Shown: one piece after another, positions 1-11,022 of the stretch
How the letters are laid out: every line of letters starts with the position of its first letter
Numbering within the stretch: the first letter of the stretch is position 1
DNA from: Licmophora abbreviata
Taxonomy: Eukaryota
Reading direction: 5' to 3'
NCBI GenBank assembly: GCA_900291995.1
Contig: OLMU01002029.1
Location: 1 to 39,899 of the forward strand
Length of the DNA: 39,899 nucleotides
Notes under the pieces: generated by a model
What the model saw: the letters and a program-made list of their open reading frames with translations, nothing else
The model's database searches: none
What the model was told of the DNA's origin: nothing
Made by a program: the position numbers and the translations under genes

Positions 1-57
1 AGCACCTGATTTTTCGACCGGAACCATTCTTTCCATTGCCCATTCACAAATCTTGCG

Positions 58-612
58 ATGAACTGGTGGTCTGACAAGGCGACCGACAGCGCGGACGTCG
101 AAGCACAGCAGACGGCGTCGGATTGGGCGTCTACGCCGTCGACACCTGCTCCTACTGGTAATGATACGAACGGTTCTTCATCGACGACTCCGCAATCGCA
201 GTCTGGCTGGCGACGCTGGTGCCCTTTCATTCCATCCATTGTTCTTTGCATTCTATTTTTGATTTCATTCGGATTGGAACTCAATGATTCCAGTTTGGCA
301 GCACTCTGGGCCGCCTTCTACGCCCTCTCGGCGATTCTCTGCGCCACGATTTTCGTCAAGCCCTGTTGTGGGAATCTGGTCGGGATTGGATTTGCCGGGG
401 GCATGGTGGTGTGGGCGCTCATACTGATCATCGTGAGCGCAGTCGATTTGTCCAATACACCGAAAGGAGGGAGTCGGGAAGGGGGAGACTCGGATATAAC
501 GACGAAACGCGAAGAGATTGCGTTCGAATTGGCTGGTAGTTGTTTGGCATTCTGCAGTGCTCTGTATCACGGATGCATCTTGTTTCAAAGTCGGAGGCAA
601 AACAAAAATTAG
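58..612 (+). CDS. TMEM220-like multi-pass membrane protein (184 aa, single exon)
   Basis: S/T-rich N-terminus, then about 4 hydrophobic helices. The segments 'FGLELNDSS..LWAAFY' and 'KREEIAFELAG' resemble the Q.NDPD...W...Y and E..RE..G patterns recalled for the TMEM220 family. Confidence 0.6.
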   Translation: MNWWSDKATDSADVEAQQTASDWASTPSTPAPTGNDTNGSSSTTPQSQSGWRRWCPFIPSIVLCILFLISFGLELNDSSLAALWAAFYALSAILCATIFVKPCCGNLVGIGFAGGMVVWALILIIVSAVDLSNTPKGGSREGGDSDITTKREEIAFELAGSCLAFCSALYHGCILFQSRRQNKN

Positions 613-739
613 GAAGAGATACACTGCTCCCTAGTAGAGAGTCTCTAGAGAGATGCGGTACCAGTACTAGCTACTAGAGATCGTTCAGCACTGCTAACGA
701 TGCCTCTAAGATTATTGTGCGGAGCGCTTCACGCGGTCT

Positions 740-2457
740 CTAATATTCTAGAGTAGCTTGTGCCCGAGCCTTGGTACTGCTCTTTTGTACCCACCCACGC
801 GCACGATTCTTGACATACAAGTCATTCCTCCGACATTGACTTCCCCTCGGATCGCACTCGCGACATGGCGGCGTCTGATACGAAACGTGTCCACTTTCGT
901 CAATCTCCATCACGATGCTAAAGTTCGAATGCACTGTAGGCCACCACTGTTCCAATGCAAGACACTCGTCGTGTGTCAGGACCTCCACGACGATGCTATT
1001 CTCGCGATCTAATTGATCCCCGGGATGACTGTGATGCGATGGAGACTGCGGATTGAGCGGTAGTTGTTGGTGATGCACGACACGCTGCTGCTGTTGTTCG
1101 AGACGCATCATGGCCAATCGCTGCGACGTGACTTCCGCCGGACTCAGTCCGGCTGCACGGAGTGCTTGAAGCGTCGCAAAATCCGGATCCATGCCGACCA
1201 TGCCGACCGGAAGCGCTGCGGCGGTAGGAGCCAGGGGCTGTTCGTCTCTCCCCGTCGTACCGTTGTTCGCAGACGTGAACAAGGCCGGTGTGTCGCCCCG
1301 AAGGTATGACTCCAAGTGCGTCGGAATCAAGGGCAATCGATGGGCATCGCACAACAGAAGCGATCCACAAGGGGCAAAAGGCGCGTCGCCTTCGCCCGTC
1401 TTCAAGTAGCGACGCCATGAATGGCACCAACTGCGCGGCAAGACATGGTATTTTCCAGGTAGGAGTGGGCAACGAGACGACGAAGTTGATATCGTAGCAG
1501 TCGTGTTGTTAGACGCTACAAGACACTGCATCGGCACACCGCGCGTACGGGTGTAAATGCCCCGCACCAGTGGACAGCTCAACGGCCGCTTGCGCTCCTC
1601 TCGTTCTTCCTGTTCTTGCATTGCTACTTGTCGTCGCTTGGTTTCCTCGTCCAGAATGCACTGAAGACATTCGCCTTGACAATGCTCGAGGGAGTTTGAA
1701 TCGGGGAAGAGTTTCTTCAATACCTTCCAGGCATGCTTGTCGAGCACCTTGCGACGCGCCCGACTCGCCTTGGTGGAGCCGACGCACTGCAAATTCTGGT
1801 GTTCACAGACCTATGTATCATGAGACATCATGTAAAAAGCCCGAGTAAACAATAAAGCGTGAGCGCTTTGCCGCAAGACACCCGACAAGTCAAGACGTCT
1901 GGCACAGTTGCGCCCATACTCCCTTCAAAACATACCAAATCGGCATTGACATTCGGCCAAGGAGGCGAAACATCCGACAATCTTCGATTCCGAATACGCT
2001 GCTGCTTCTTACTGAGCTTCTTTTTCTTGGCTGGCGCCTTCAAGGCATACTGCTGCACTTCCAGCCACTTTAATGCCTGTTTGCACCAACTCTTCGACAC
2101 ATAGAAGCCACCAGTCGTCGGCTCGGGACGGGACAAGACGCGCGCCACGACGAGCAATTCCATATTGCGCAAGTGCTGGATCCTGTAGAGTTCATCCTGC
2201 GACTCTCGAACTGGCTGCTCCTGATCAAAGCCGTCTGTGAGTTCGGGAGAGTATACTTCTGTGGCAGTGTGCTGAATGACCTTGTGCAAGAGTTCCGGGG
2301 CGTGCAGAAAGTGACATGTCTGTACGACACTGTGGAGGTCGTAGGCGCGCAGGTACGTGAGAATGTTCACATGTAGCTCGACGGGAAGACTGTGAAGCAG
2401 TCCGCAGTCATGCGACTGCGTCAATATCGTATTTGAAGGACAAGGAGTGGATGGCAT
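740..2457 (-). CDS. F-box protein with two USP48/UBP26-type DUSP-like domains (~530 aa); exons 2457-1936 and 1810-740
   Basis: Intron 1935-1811 (GTATGT...ACATAG, 125 nt, phase 0) joins the 209-aa and 350-aa ORFs into ...NVNADL|VCEHQNL.... N-terminal LHSLPVELHVNILTYLRAYDLHSVVQTCHFLH is an F-box signature. DUSP-like motifs: FYVSKSW, NADLVCEH, RRKVLDKHAWKVLKKLFP, CLQC, YHVLPRSWCHSWRRYL, LLLCDAH, PCREC. The frame stays open upstream of 2457, so a further 5' exon is not excluded. Confidence 0.75.
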
Positions 2458-3171
2458 GGTAACGACGGTCGACTTATTGTTGTTGTCGTTTACCTGGTCG
2501 TGTAGCAGCAGTATGCAGGAGAGCCGAAACGTGCTTCACTGACCGTATGAAGCCCTAAGAATAGGGTATTTACAGGAAAACGAGGGTTTCCTGGAGTAGC
2601 AAAATGATTGATAAAATAGATAAATAGGAAACCAGTTGAAGGTCTGCAACGCAAGATCGAAGAACAAAATGACTTGGCAAGAAGGGGGGCAAAACTAAGC
2701 GAAAAAAGCGGGGGGAACTACTTTGGTGACAGAAAGTAGCACTCAGTGTAATTCTTTCACTGCAGAGAGCGAGGGGGCAGTCAAACGAGGCTCTCAATTG
2801 TGTCAAAATCACAATTCTACAAGCCGAACTTGTGATGCATCGCCACTGTGTTTCCCACTCAGGCGTGTCGAGTCGGAACTTTTTGAATCTGCAAAGATTC
2901 TGACATTGAGAATCCTGTGTAGAGTTTCTACTGCCATGCACGTGGGCATGGTCAGCCTCAAGCGAGGTCGAGATTCCGAATGAATCGGATCCTTCGACTG
3001 CTTCGACTGACACCTGGCGCGACAGACAGACGGTCAGAACAATCTGAATTTATTTGAACAAGCGGATTACGACACACTTCACACAATGGCTCTGCGGCGC
3101 CGCGGCTCTTTCTCTAGTGTGACCCCTCCTTTCTCGATCTTTGCTGCAATAATACATTACGACAGATCGCC

Positions 3172-6100
3172 ATGCCTTCTATGGGAGGCGACGACGACGA
3201 CGATGACGATGTGCCGCTGACGAAATTGGTTGAGAAACGAAGAAAAGCTCGGCAATTGCAAGAAGAACAAGAAAAACGTCATGGCATCAACTCTCCTGAC
3301 GACCGGGGAGACACGGCACTTCCAGATATGTCCCTTGATGATGAGTCAGCAGCTGGAAAACCGAAGGTGGAATCCAAAGACGAAGAAAGTCACTCCGTCG
3401 GCGACAGTGAAAAACGAGTTAAGTTAGCATCACAAGACGTCGCTACGACTACTGCTAATATGGCGATTAGCTCTGGTGCCTCGGACAGAAGCAATCATAA
3501 CCCGGCTGTCGCCACCGAGGACACATCGAATGTGTTGCCTATGACAGAACTTGACAAACCCATTTTACCGAAAACTGGGACGACAGAGACTTCTCAAGTA
3601 TCTGAGATGAAAACCCAGTCGTCGGGAACGGAGAGCATGACTGTCGACATCACTGTGGGCGAGGAAACATTGGAACAATCGACGGAGAAGGACACCTTTC
3701 CATTGTCAGCTACGAATCAGGATGCTCACATATCTCCATCAGCTCATCAGGAAGTAGTGACCAATACCGCTCTATTAGGCGCCCATCCAGGCCTACCGGA
3801 CCGTAACGATGGTGCGTCAGTGAAAGCAATCGCAGAGACAACCACACCAGTGTCAGAATCGGCAGTGGAGGGAATAGTCTCAACGCCGGAAAGAACCTTG
3901 ATAGCTCCGTTGAAGGCATCCATTGCCCTTGATTCGTCACCTGCGACCGAGATACCGGAGACGCGTAAGACCTCGTGTTCCGTCCCCGGGGACACCACCG
4001 CTCCAATGGACTCAAGCCCACAAGGCCCATCCACACCAGGTGGACCTGGGTTTGTCAGTGTGAAAAATCCCGATGATGCGCCGAAGGACTCGGGTGTTGT
4101 CCCGATGGATGTGTCGAGCGCTGCAATCGAGTCTACCTCCATTGCACGACAGAGCGGCGGATCCACGGTAGTGGCAACCGAACAGACTCAGATTTCTTCT
4201 CTCAGATCTGGCACGACCCCGAGACAGTCTAAATCTGCATCGTCACCTGCGGTCCGCTTCGCGAACGACCACCCCAGATTGCCGAATCTGATTCACCGCC
4301 GCCTCGTGTCCGAGAACCCGCATGGGAGGAAGTCGAGGACGCGTTTCCTCTAGCAATCAAACGTCGATTTCAGCCGTCATCCTTCAATTCCTCTCGTAAG
4401 AAACAACGGAAGACGCAGCTAGTTATTAATGTGGCGGCAGAATTCGAAGGGAGTCATCCAGTTCCATCGTCCGGAGAGGCCACGACCCCACAGGCGACAG
4501 TAGTGGGCGACTTATCGGTTGGGCTGCCTACTCATGAAAGTGACTGGGAGCATGACGGATCCCAGATCTCACAGGAAGATTCACTACTGTTCTTTGCAGA
4601 GACACACGAGGAGCAAGACCCTGCGTATATTCTCCGAGAACGTGAGAAGCAGAGACAGAAGCTTGATAGACAGTTGGAAGAACTCAAGCTGGAAGCTGAG
4701 ATGGGCAATCGGGAAATCATGCGACGGCTGGCCGTCCAGCTCCAAGAGAAACAAGAATCTTACGATCGCAATCGGCAACGTGTGTTGGACGAACGAGCCG
4801 CGGACGAAAAGCGGTATAAGCAGAAATGCCTTCAATTATACAACGAAAAGCTCACCGGTAGTCAGAGAAAAATAGAGGAGAGCATTCAGTTGTTGATAAC
4901 TCGACACGCGCAGGAGATTAAAAATTCCTTGCGAGATCACCGGGAGAGTGCAAAACAAAGGGCGGTCCCAGAGCAGATGGCTGCTGCCGAGTGGGCGTCG
5001 ATATCACAGCGAATTGAGAGCAGGCAGAAGCTTCGAATTGAAAACGTGCGCTCGAAAGGCGAGCAGATCAAGCAGAAACTTCGGAAGGACTTGGAACGTG
5101 AAATGGAAAGAATTCGAGCTCATCACGAGAATCGAGTCACAGAGGCCTCTGCCATGTTGGAAAAGATGTTAGTTGACGTCAAAGCGAACATTGAGGATCA
5201 GAAGCGCCGACATGTGAAGAGTCATCTGGACCGGATTCGGAAGCAAAGAGATAAGATACGTGCTGAGATGTACGAGTATCGTGTACCGCTTGACTCCACT
5301 CGCAAGAGGTCTCAAGTTTCCAAGCCGAAAAGCTTTTTAGACGAGATGAAGGAGAAACTACGCTGTGATGAGTTCCGCACAGCGTCGCCTATCACGCTTG
5401 ACACCGACGTCCTAAATGGGTCGACCGTAGCTCATACTGCTGCGGCGTTGAGGCACAAGCAGCGAAAAGGAGTGGCGAATACGATGGCAAAGCAGCTTTC
5501 GCTTGAGATCCACAATGAAGGACTTTGGCTTTCCAGCTTCCAACCAGAGAAGAACACGCGAGACGGGCGCACAAGGGAGAGAAGTACGGCGAATAAGACC
5601 GCGAACGCTGAGTTTGTGCCTTGGGGGCTACAAGCTCAGCGCATTCTTCTCTCCGTGTCTTGTGGCGAGATTCCTCGTGGATATGGATCGGAGCGCTTCA
5701 ACTTTGTACCGTTAACGTCTGCAAATGGGGGCCAGATCCGATGTTTCGTAGTCGACTTGAGGTGCAGTGAAACCACGGCATCGGTGCAGAGGGCGGGAGG
5801 ACTGAAGCGACAAGAGGAGGCTGCAGTCACGGAACTGGAAAAGACTCTAATCAAACTCACCGAGACTGTGGCAACTGCGGAAACGACTTGTGGGCGGGCC
5901 CTCTCGAACGAAAAAGATAGCACAGCGGCGGTGGAGAAGTCGATGAAGCTTGTGGCAAAGACTGAACAAGGCTTCCAGCAGTTGCGAGCGAAAGCAAAGG
6001 ATTATATTGGCTCAGGTACGAATCGTTCGCGTAGAACCTACGGTTGAATGCGCTGTAAGGTCTAACGCTTCTCTGCTCCATTCGGTTAATTAAGACGATG

Positions 6101-8051
6101 TCCCAATTGAAAGCATGGGTCCAGCCGAAAGACAGAAACTGTTGCAGGCCTTACATCGCCACAAGTCCAACGTCCAGACGGCCATGAACCGCCTTGATGC
6201 TGCTCAGAAGGCGTTGAAAGAAGCACAAGAATACACGCAGAAGATGCAGAAGATCCAAATGCAAGCTCAACGTGCAGTATCGATCACATCGGCTAGTCTC
6301 AAGAAGCGAAAAGCGTTGCTACAGGAACGTGCGGCGGGTCTCCCCGGAAAAAGTCGCCTTCGACTGTCGGAAGCAGCTGAGACTGAGAGGGCGGCAGCTC
6401 GTGTGCGAGACGTTGTTTCCGCGTTTGGTAGAGTCGCAAAGTCTCGACAGGACCAATTAGAGGAGAAACGCGGTCGGGGGAGCTCGGGTTGGCTGCAGGA
6501 CGTCCCAGGCCTTTCATCATCGGTAAGACGGAGTCTTCACCTTAGGATGGGGCGTCATCGACAGTACATCATGTTGCGACCAAATATGGACGACATGTTG
6601 AACGTACTCAAGAGCTCTGTCATGAATCTTCCCCTCGACTCTAGCCACTCGGACGCTCATACTCCTAAAGATACTGTGCTACGTGCAGAGCAGCTCTTCC
6701 TGTTGGCGGTTTATCCTGAAGCTGAGACGTCAAAAATAGCATCTGCTCCTACCTCGCATTCACAGTACCCCCCGGAGACTTGGGCCGAGCCTGGATGGCT
6801 CGTTAATCTGGACGTTCCGGAGGCAAGCAATTGTTCACAGTCGTTGCTTCCGTGTGTACCTGCGTGTGAGTCGCTGCAACAAAGTGTGTGCGAGAATCTG
6901 TCGTCGCAGGGGCGGCAAATGGCCAACGCTTTGAGGTCTAGTCAGTTGATGAGGGGGCTCGTACAACCGCTGAGCGTACTTGGTCAAACAACGAGCTTGG
7001 CTGAACGGAGCATGTCGACAGCGGTGGGAGGTAAGGGCGATGTTTCTGAACAACTGGAGTACTCAATGGATATTGTGATCACCCTAATGTGTTTTGTGTT
7101 CGTTGCCCTGCTGGCACCATAGAAACTGTCTACGCCGCTGACGATCCGCTTTCGCCGAAAGAATCAATGAAACTGACAGGGTATGCGTTCCATCTGAAAC
7201 CCCCGGGCAAGACGTCTGTGTACGGCCGCAAGAAAGTGGGGGCGAGGGACGAGTCAGAATATGTCATATCAGATACCTCAAAGAAGCAGAGTAAAACGGA
7301 GTCTGCGACGGCCAAACGAGCTTTGCCGTTAGGTAATGAATCGACGCCGCGCCGCGGATCAAGCAAGGCCGACAAGAGCAAACGAAGCCGCTCCAAGGCT
7401 GCGAGCGGATCTGACGCGACGAATCGACCCGCGCTGGCGAGGACGAGCTCAAGAACTGAAAGTAGGTCGCGACCAATCATCCCGCCGCCGGTACCGGTAC
7501 CACCGCTTCAGCAACCCGGTGGAAGTCCTATGAGCGCCCGTGCCATATTTGGTCAGCACCCGAGTGCCCAACAGACGTTGGATCAGCGAGCCGCTTCCCA
7601 GTATGGCTCGTCATTTCTAAAGCAGCCTCCAACGCAGCAGTCGCAGCACGCTAGTCTTCAGCAATTGCAGCAGGCCTTGGCGCCCTCGCCACGTCAGCTT
7701 CTGGCACAACAGCACCATCAGCAGTACGCCAGTCCCCAGCATCTCCGGCAGATGGCTCAGTTTCGAATGCTACATCAGCAACAACAGGCTCAACAACAGC
7801 AACGGTCGCCTGGGCAACCGACATTCTCGCCGGGCTCGTCTCAGCAGCAGTTGCAGTTCTTCCCGCAGCTTATGCCGCCCCCGCAAGGTGCTACGAGGCA
7901 GACGTCTTTTCCGGGGCAACAACCCCAGATGCAATTTCCGGTGGGGCACTCACACGCATACTCTCCACAGCCGCTTGACTCGAACAAACGGAACGAGACC
8001 AACGACCCGAACGACCCTTTGCACCAGTCGAAAGATGCTTCCTCGAAGTGA
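3172..8051 (+). CDS. Large hypothetical protein (~1,530-1,570 aa): disordered acidic N-terminus, long coiled coils, Q/P-rich C-terminus; probably nuclear
   Basis: Four consecutive same-strand ORFs. Intron 6016-6094 (GTACGA..CTAAC..TAAG, 79 nt) and intron 7031-7122 (GTAAGG..CTAAT..CATAG, 92 nt) restore the frame exactly. The first junction (~4170-4280) needs a -1 frame change, by indel or a weak intron. Confidence 0.7.
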
Positions 8052-8451
8052 ACAGATGGGCGCTTTCGCATAGTCTTCTTTTGCTCTAGTAAGGGTCATG
8101 AGTCGAGCTTCTTCGTTTCATACGTACAGCTTGTGTAACCCGTGTCTTGCTCTCAAGGGGGCACGTAAGCTAGAAGAGTTATTACTCTGGGTTACAGGAG
8201 ATAACTTGTTAAGATTGTCTCTCGCTACGTACCGTAGTTTTCGATCGCCGTTTCCCTTTCAGACAATGGGCGGACGGCTTTGAAGAGTGCCGCGTCGGGT
8301 ATACGGACGGACGGACGGCGCCTGTACGTTGAACGTTTTTTGGCGCCCACTGTATCTGACGATGACCGTGAAGAGAACTGAAGCGAGTCATAGTCTAGTC
8401 TTCACGACACTTCAAACTTCATGTCTATGATCCAACGAGAGACCAGACATC

Positions 8452-9976
8452 ATGGCCCCGCTTCGTGCTTCTAGTTCGAGCCAGGGAATGAACTGGAGAA
8501 GAGGAATGTGTCTGTTCCAGGGCGTCTTTGCAATCGTCGTGGTGGGCTGGCTCTGCTTTGTCTCGTTCATCGACTCGACATCGCATCACGACCATGCCGA
8601 GGGTCGAAATCTGGTGGCCTCATCAGAGAGACTGGCATCGACGACCAGCGATTCTCGTCGTCGACTGCAGCAGGACTCCGGCATCGAAACCTCTAAACAT
8701 CTGGAGCACGACAAGACTAGTCGGGATCGAAAGTTGGCACTAGAGCAGTTCGCAGTTTCGAATTTCACTGTACTTGGACCTTCCTCCTTTCCCAAGCCCT
8801 CGTGGAAGGCTGGACACGATGCGATTCCCTATACAAGACCAACCTTTGGCTCTCATCGACCAGACCAAGACGCCATATTGGTCTTTGCGGCTGAGTATGG
8901 CTTGAATACGTACCTATCGTTCGTCTACTCTCTCAGAGATACTGGGTTCGCCGGCGACATTGTCTTCTGTGTCAGCAAGATTGACTTGCGGCAAAGATCA
9001 GTCAAGGATTTTTTGATGAATTCCCCCAATGTAGTGGTCTACGCCTTTGAATTTCGCTGTTTCAATGCGGAGAACGAATCTGTCGAGAGTGCCAAAGGTG
9101 GCATGCGTGTCTGTCTTTTGGATCACCTGTATGCGGACAGCAACAACTCGCCGCTCCCGGACCCCCGTGTACCGCGTACCATGGCCACAATACGCTATGA
9201 GTTGTACTGGTTATGGACATTGAACTACAACAAATTCTCCTGGATAATGTTAATTGATGCCCGGGATGCGTTCTTTCAAACGAATCCATTTCAAACGCTG
9301 CCTCGGGAGACGCACAGTCTGGATCGACGCGGAGGACTTTTGCATTTCTTTGGAGTAAGTTAGAGTGATGCGTCGGGTATGGCTGTCCCTGGATGAATCT
9401 GACCTGTGTCTCCCCGTCTTGTCCCTCTCGTCTCGTTCTGTCTTGCAGGAGAATATGGACGCGACGCGCATCGGAAAGTCGCCGAAGAATACTAAATGGC
9501 TGACCAACTCTTATGGCGATACCGTGATTGAGGCGCTCAAGGATAAACCAACTATCTGCAGTGGCAGCACGATGGGCGAGCAAGTGGCGCTCGAAGAGTA
9601 TCTCAGAGCCATGGTGTCGGAGAGTGACGATACCGGCACGGTACTCATGGGCGCCGACCAAGGCTTTCACAACTATCTGTATTATTCCAACAAGTTGGCG
9701 AACGCCCAAGCAATTCGCAGCATAAGCGTCTTTGATCAAGGCTACGGTGCCATCAACAATCTCGGCGCCATGCGAACGCGTGAGCTTGGCGAATGGGGCA
9801 ATGGCAAAATCTTGAGTCTTCCGGGTAACCACGAAAGCATGACGGTACTGAACTGGGATGGTACTGTTTCTCCAGTGGTACACCAGTTTGATCGGCACAA
9901 GATACTCAGTACTTATATTTACAAGACTTTGACGAATCAGTATCAATCGCGATGGAAAAACGACAAGAGAAAGTAA
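8452..9976 (+). CDS. Type II membrane putative glycosyltransferase (GT-A-like), paralog A (~476 aa); exons 8452-9354 and 9449-9976
   Basis: Intron 9355-9448 (GTAAGT...TTGCAG, 94 nt, phase 0). N-terminal TM anchor and stem region. Motifs LIDARDAFFQTNPF (DxxD), ICSGSTMG, GADQGFHNYLYY and VVHQFDRH resemble nucleotide-sugar transferase motifs. Substrate unknown. Confidence 0.7.
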
Positions 9977-10224
9977 CTGCAAGTGTGTTTGCGAGGTATT
10001 GTGGCTCCTACCGCGATGCCAAGTATGCAAGTAGCACTGTTCACGATTTAATAGGGGGTTTAAGTAGGTCCAGCTGTAACATTCCATTTCAGCGCTCAAC
10101 AGTTGAAGTAGCAAACTACGCTAAGAACACTCGCCTCGTGATCCAAAAGCCGACTACAGTACCGCACTTTTAGGCGTCACCGTGTCAACGTTGCCTGTCA
10201 GCTGGCCATCACCCACCAAACTAC

Positions 10225-10560
10225 CTACTTTCCTGTCACCGCCAAGGCCCCCATGCGCGTTGTATAAATATCGAACTCGCGAGTCTGATACACTGGTGCC
10301 TGTCGCGCGTGACGCCCCGCCGTATTGGTCGTCACCGGTCGCAGCTGCCCTGCATTCAGAAGTTGCCCAGCCAACAGGATTCCAAACGACACAATCACTT
10401 GCCCCCACACGTCGAGCGGCGGTAATTTCGGCGCAGGAGCATCGACCGGCCAATCGTATTCCGAAATTAAGTTTCGGTAGTGTAAGCAGCTATATGCGGA
10501 GTGCAGCAATAAGACAGCTCCCAGGACCGTGAGGGAAAAGGACAATGAAGACGACGACAT
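10225..10560 (-). CDS. EMC5: ER membrane protein complex subunit 5 / membrane magnesium transporter (MMgT family), 111 aa
   Basis: Characteristic GAVLLLHSAYSCLHYR helix, LPPLDVWGQ preceding a second TM helix, and a C-terminal TREFDIYTTR (R..F..F.HR-like) motif. Confidence 0.85.
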   Translation of the reverse strand: MSSSSLSFSLTVLGAVLLLHSAYSCLHYRNLISEYDWPVDAPAPKLPPLDVWGQVIVSFGILLAGQLLNAGQLRPVTTNTAGRHARQAPVYQTREFDIYTTRMGALAVTGK

Positions 10561-10882
10561 GGTGCTCGGCGTGTTGCTGAATTGCGAATGAGTGCTGTAC
10601 GAAATCTCAACGAGTTTGTGGTCGCTCTCCTCTTTTTCCTTTTTTCCGTTTTGGTTTCCCTCTGAAGCGAGGGACGGACAGACTGCACCTGAATCGAATG
10701 ATCCCGACTTTCAACTTTTCAAATGAGATTTCGCGAACAAAGGGGCGAATCGGACCTCAAAGTTCGTCTCGCCTAGACTTACTGCAAAAGCTTCTTTCAG
10801 GTGTCGTTATGCTAGAGTGGGTGAAAGGCGCTGCCACTTTCTGCTTATTAAGAATTCGATCATCGACTGCGTACTTGTAGAT

Positions 10883-11001
10883 GGGGGCATGTCCGCTTCA
10901 ACTGAATGAGAACGATACACTCGTTCCAATGGCGAATATGAGGCGCAGTCCATGATGCGTGGGACGAACATGGCAGAGTTCGAGTCTGCCTCCATTATTT
11001 T
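10883..11001 (+). ncRNA. Candidate tRNA-like / Pol III-type small RNA or degenerate tRNA-Ala-derived element
   Basis: GGGGGCA (10883-10889) pairs with TGCCTCC (10987-10993) as a 7-bp stem with G3:U, followed by A10994. B-box GTTCGAGTC at 10978-10986 and TTTT at 10998-11001. No intact T-stem or clear anticodon arm. Confidence 0.3.
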
Positions 11002-11022
11002 AAAATAAGATGCCGCTAGCTT

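Noticed and set aside
2570..3013. 147-aa minus-strand ORF between divergent genes
   Set aside because: Non-ATG start, no motifs, and promoter/UTR-like composition. A 5' exon of the F-box gene here cannot be excluded but is unsupported.
9365..9448. N-terminus of the 203-aa ORF (MMRRVWLSLDES...)
   Set aside because: Lies inside the intron 9355-9448, so it is not a separate gene.
9062..10114. 350-aa antisense ORF over glycosyltransferase paralog A
   Set aside because: No recognisable motifs. It is best explained as an antisense shadow of a well-supported gene, and it does not match the antisense ORF of paralog B beyond what sense-strand similarity forces.
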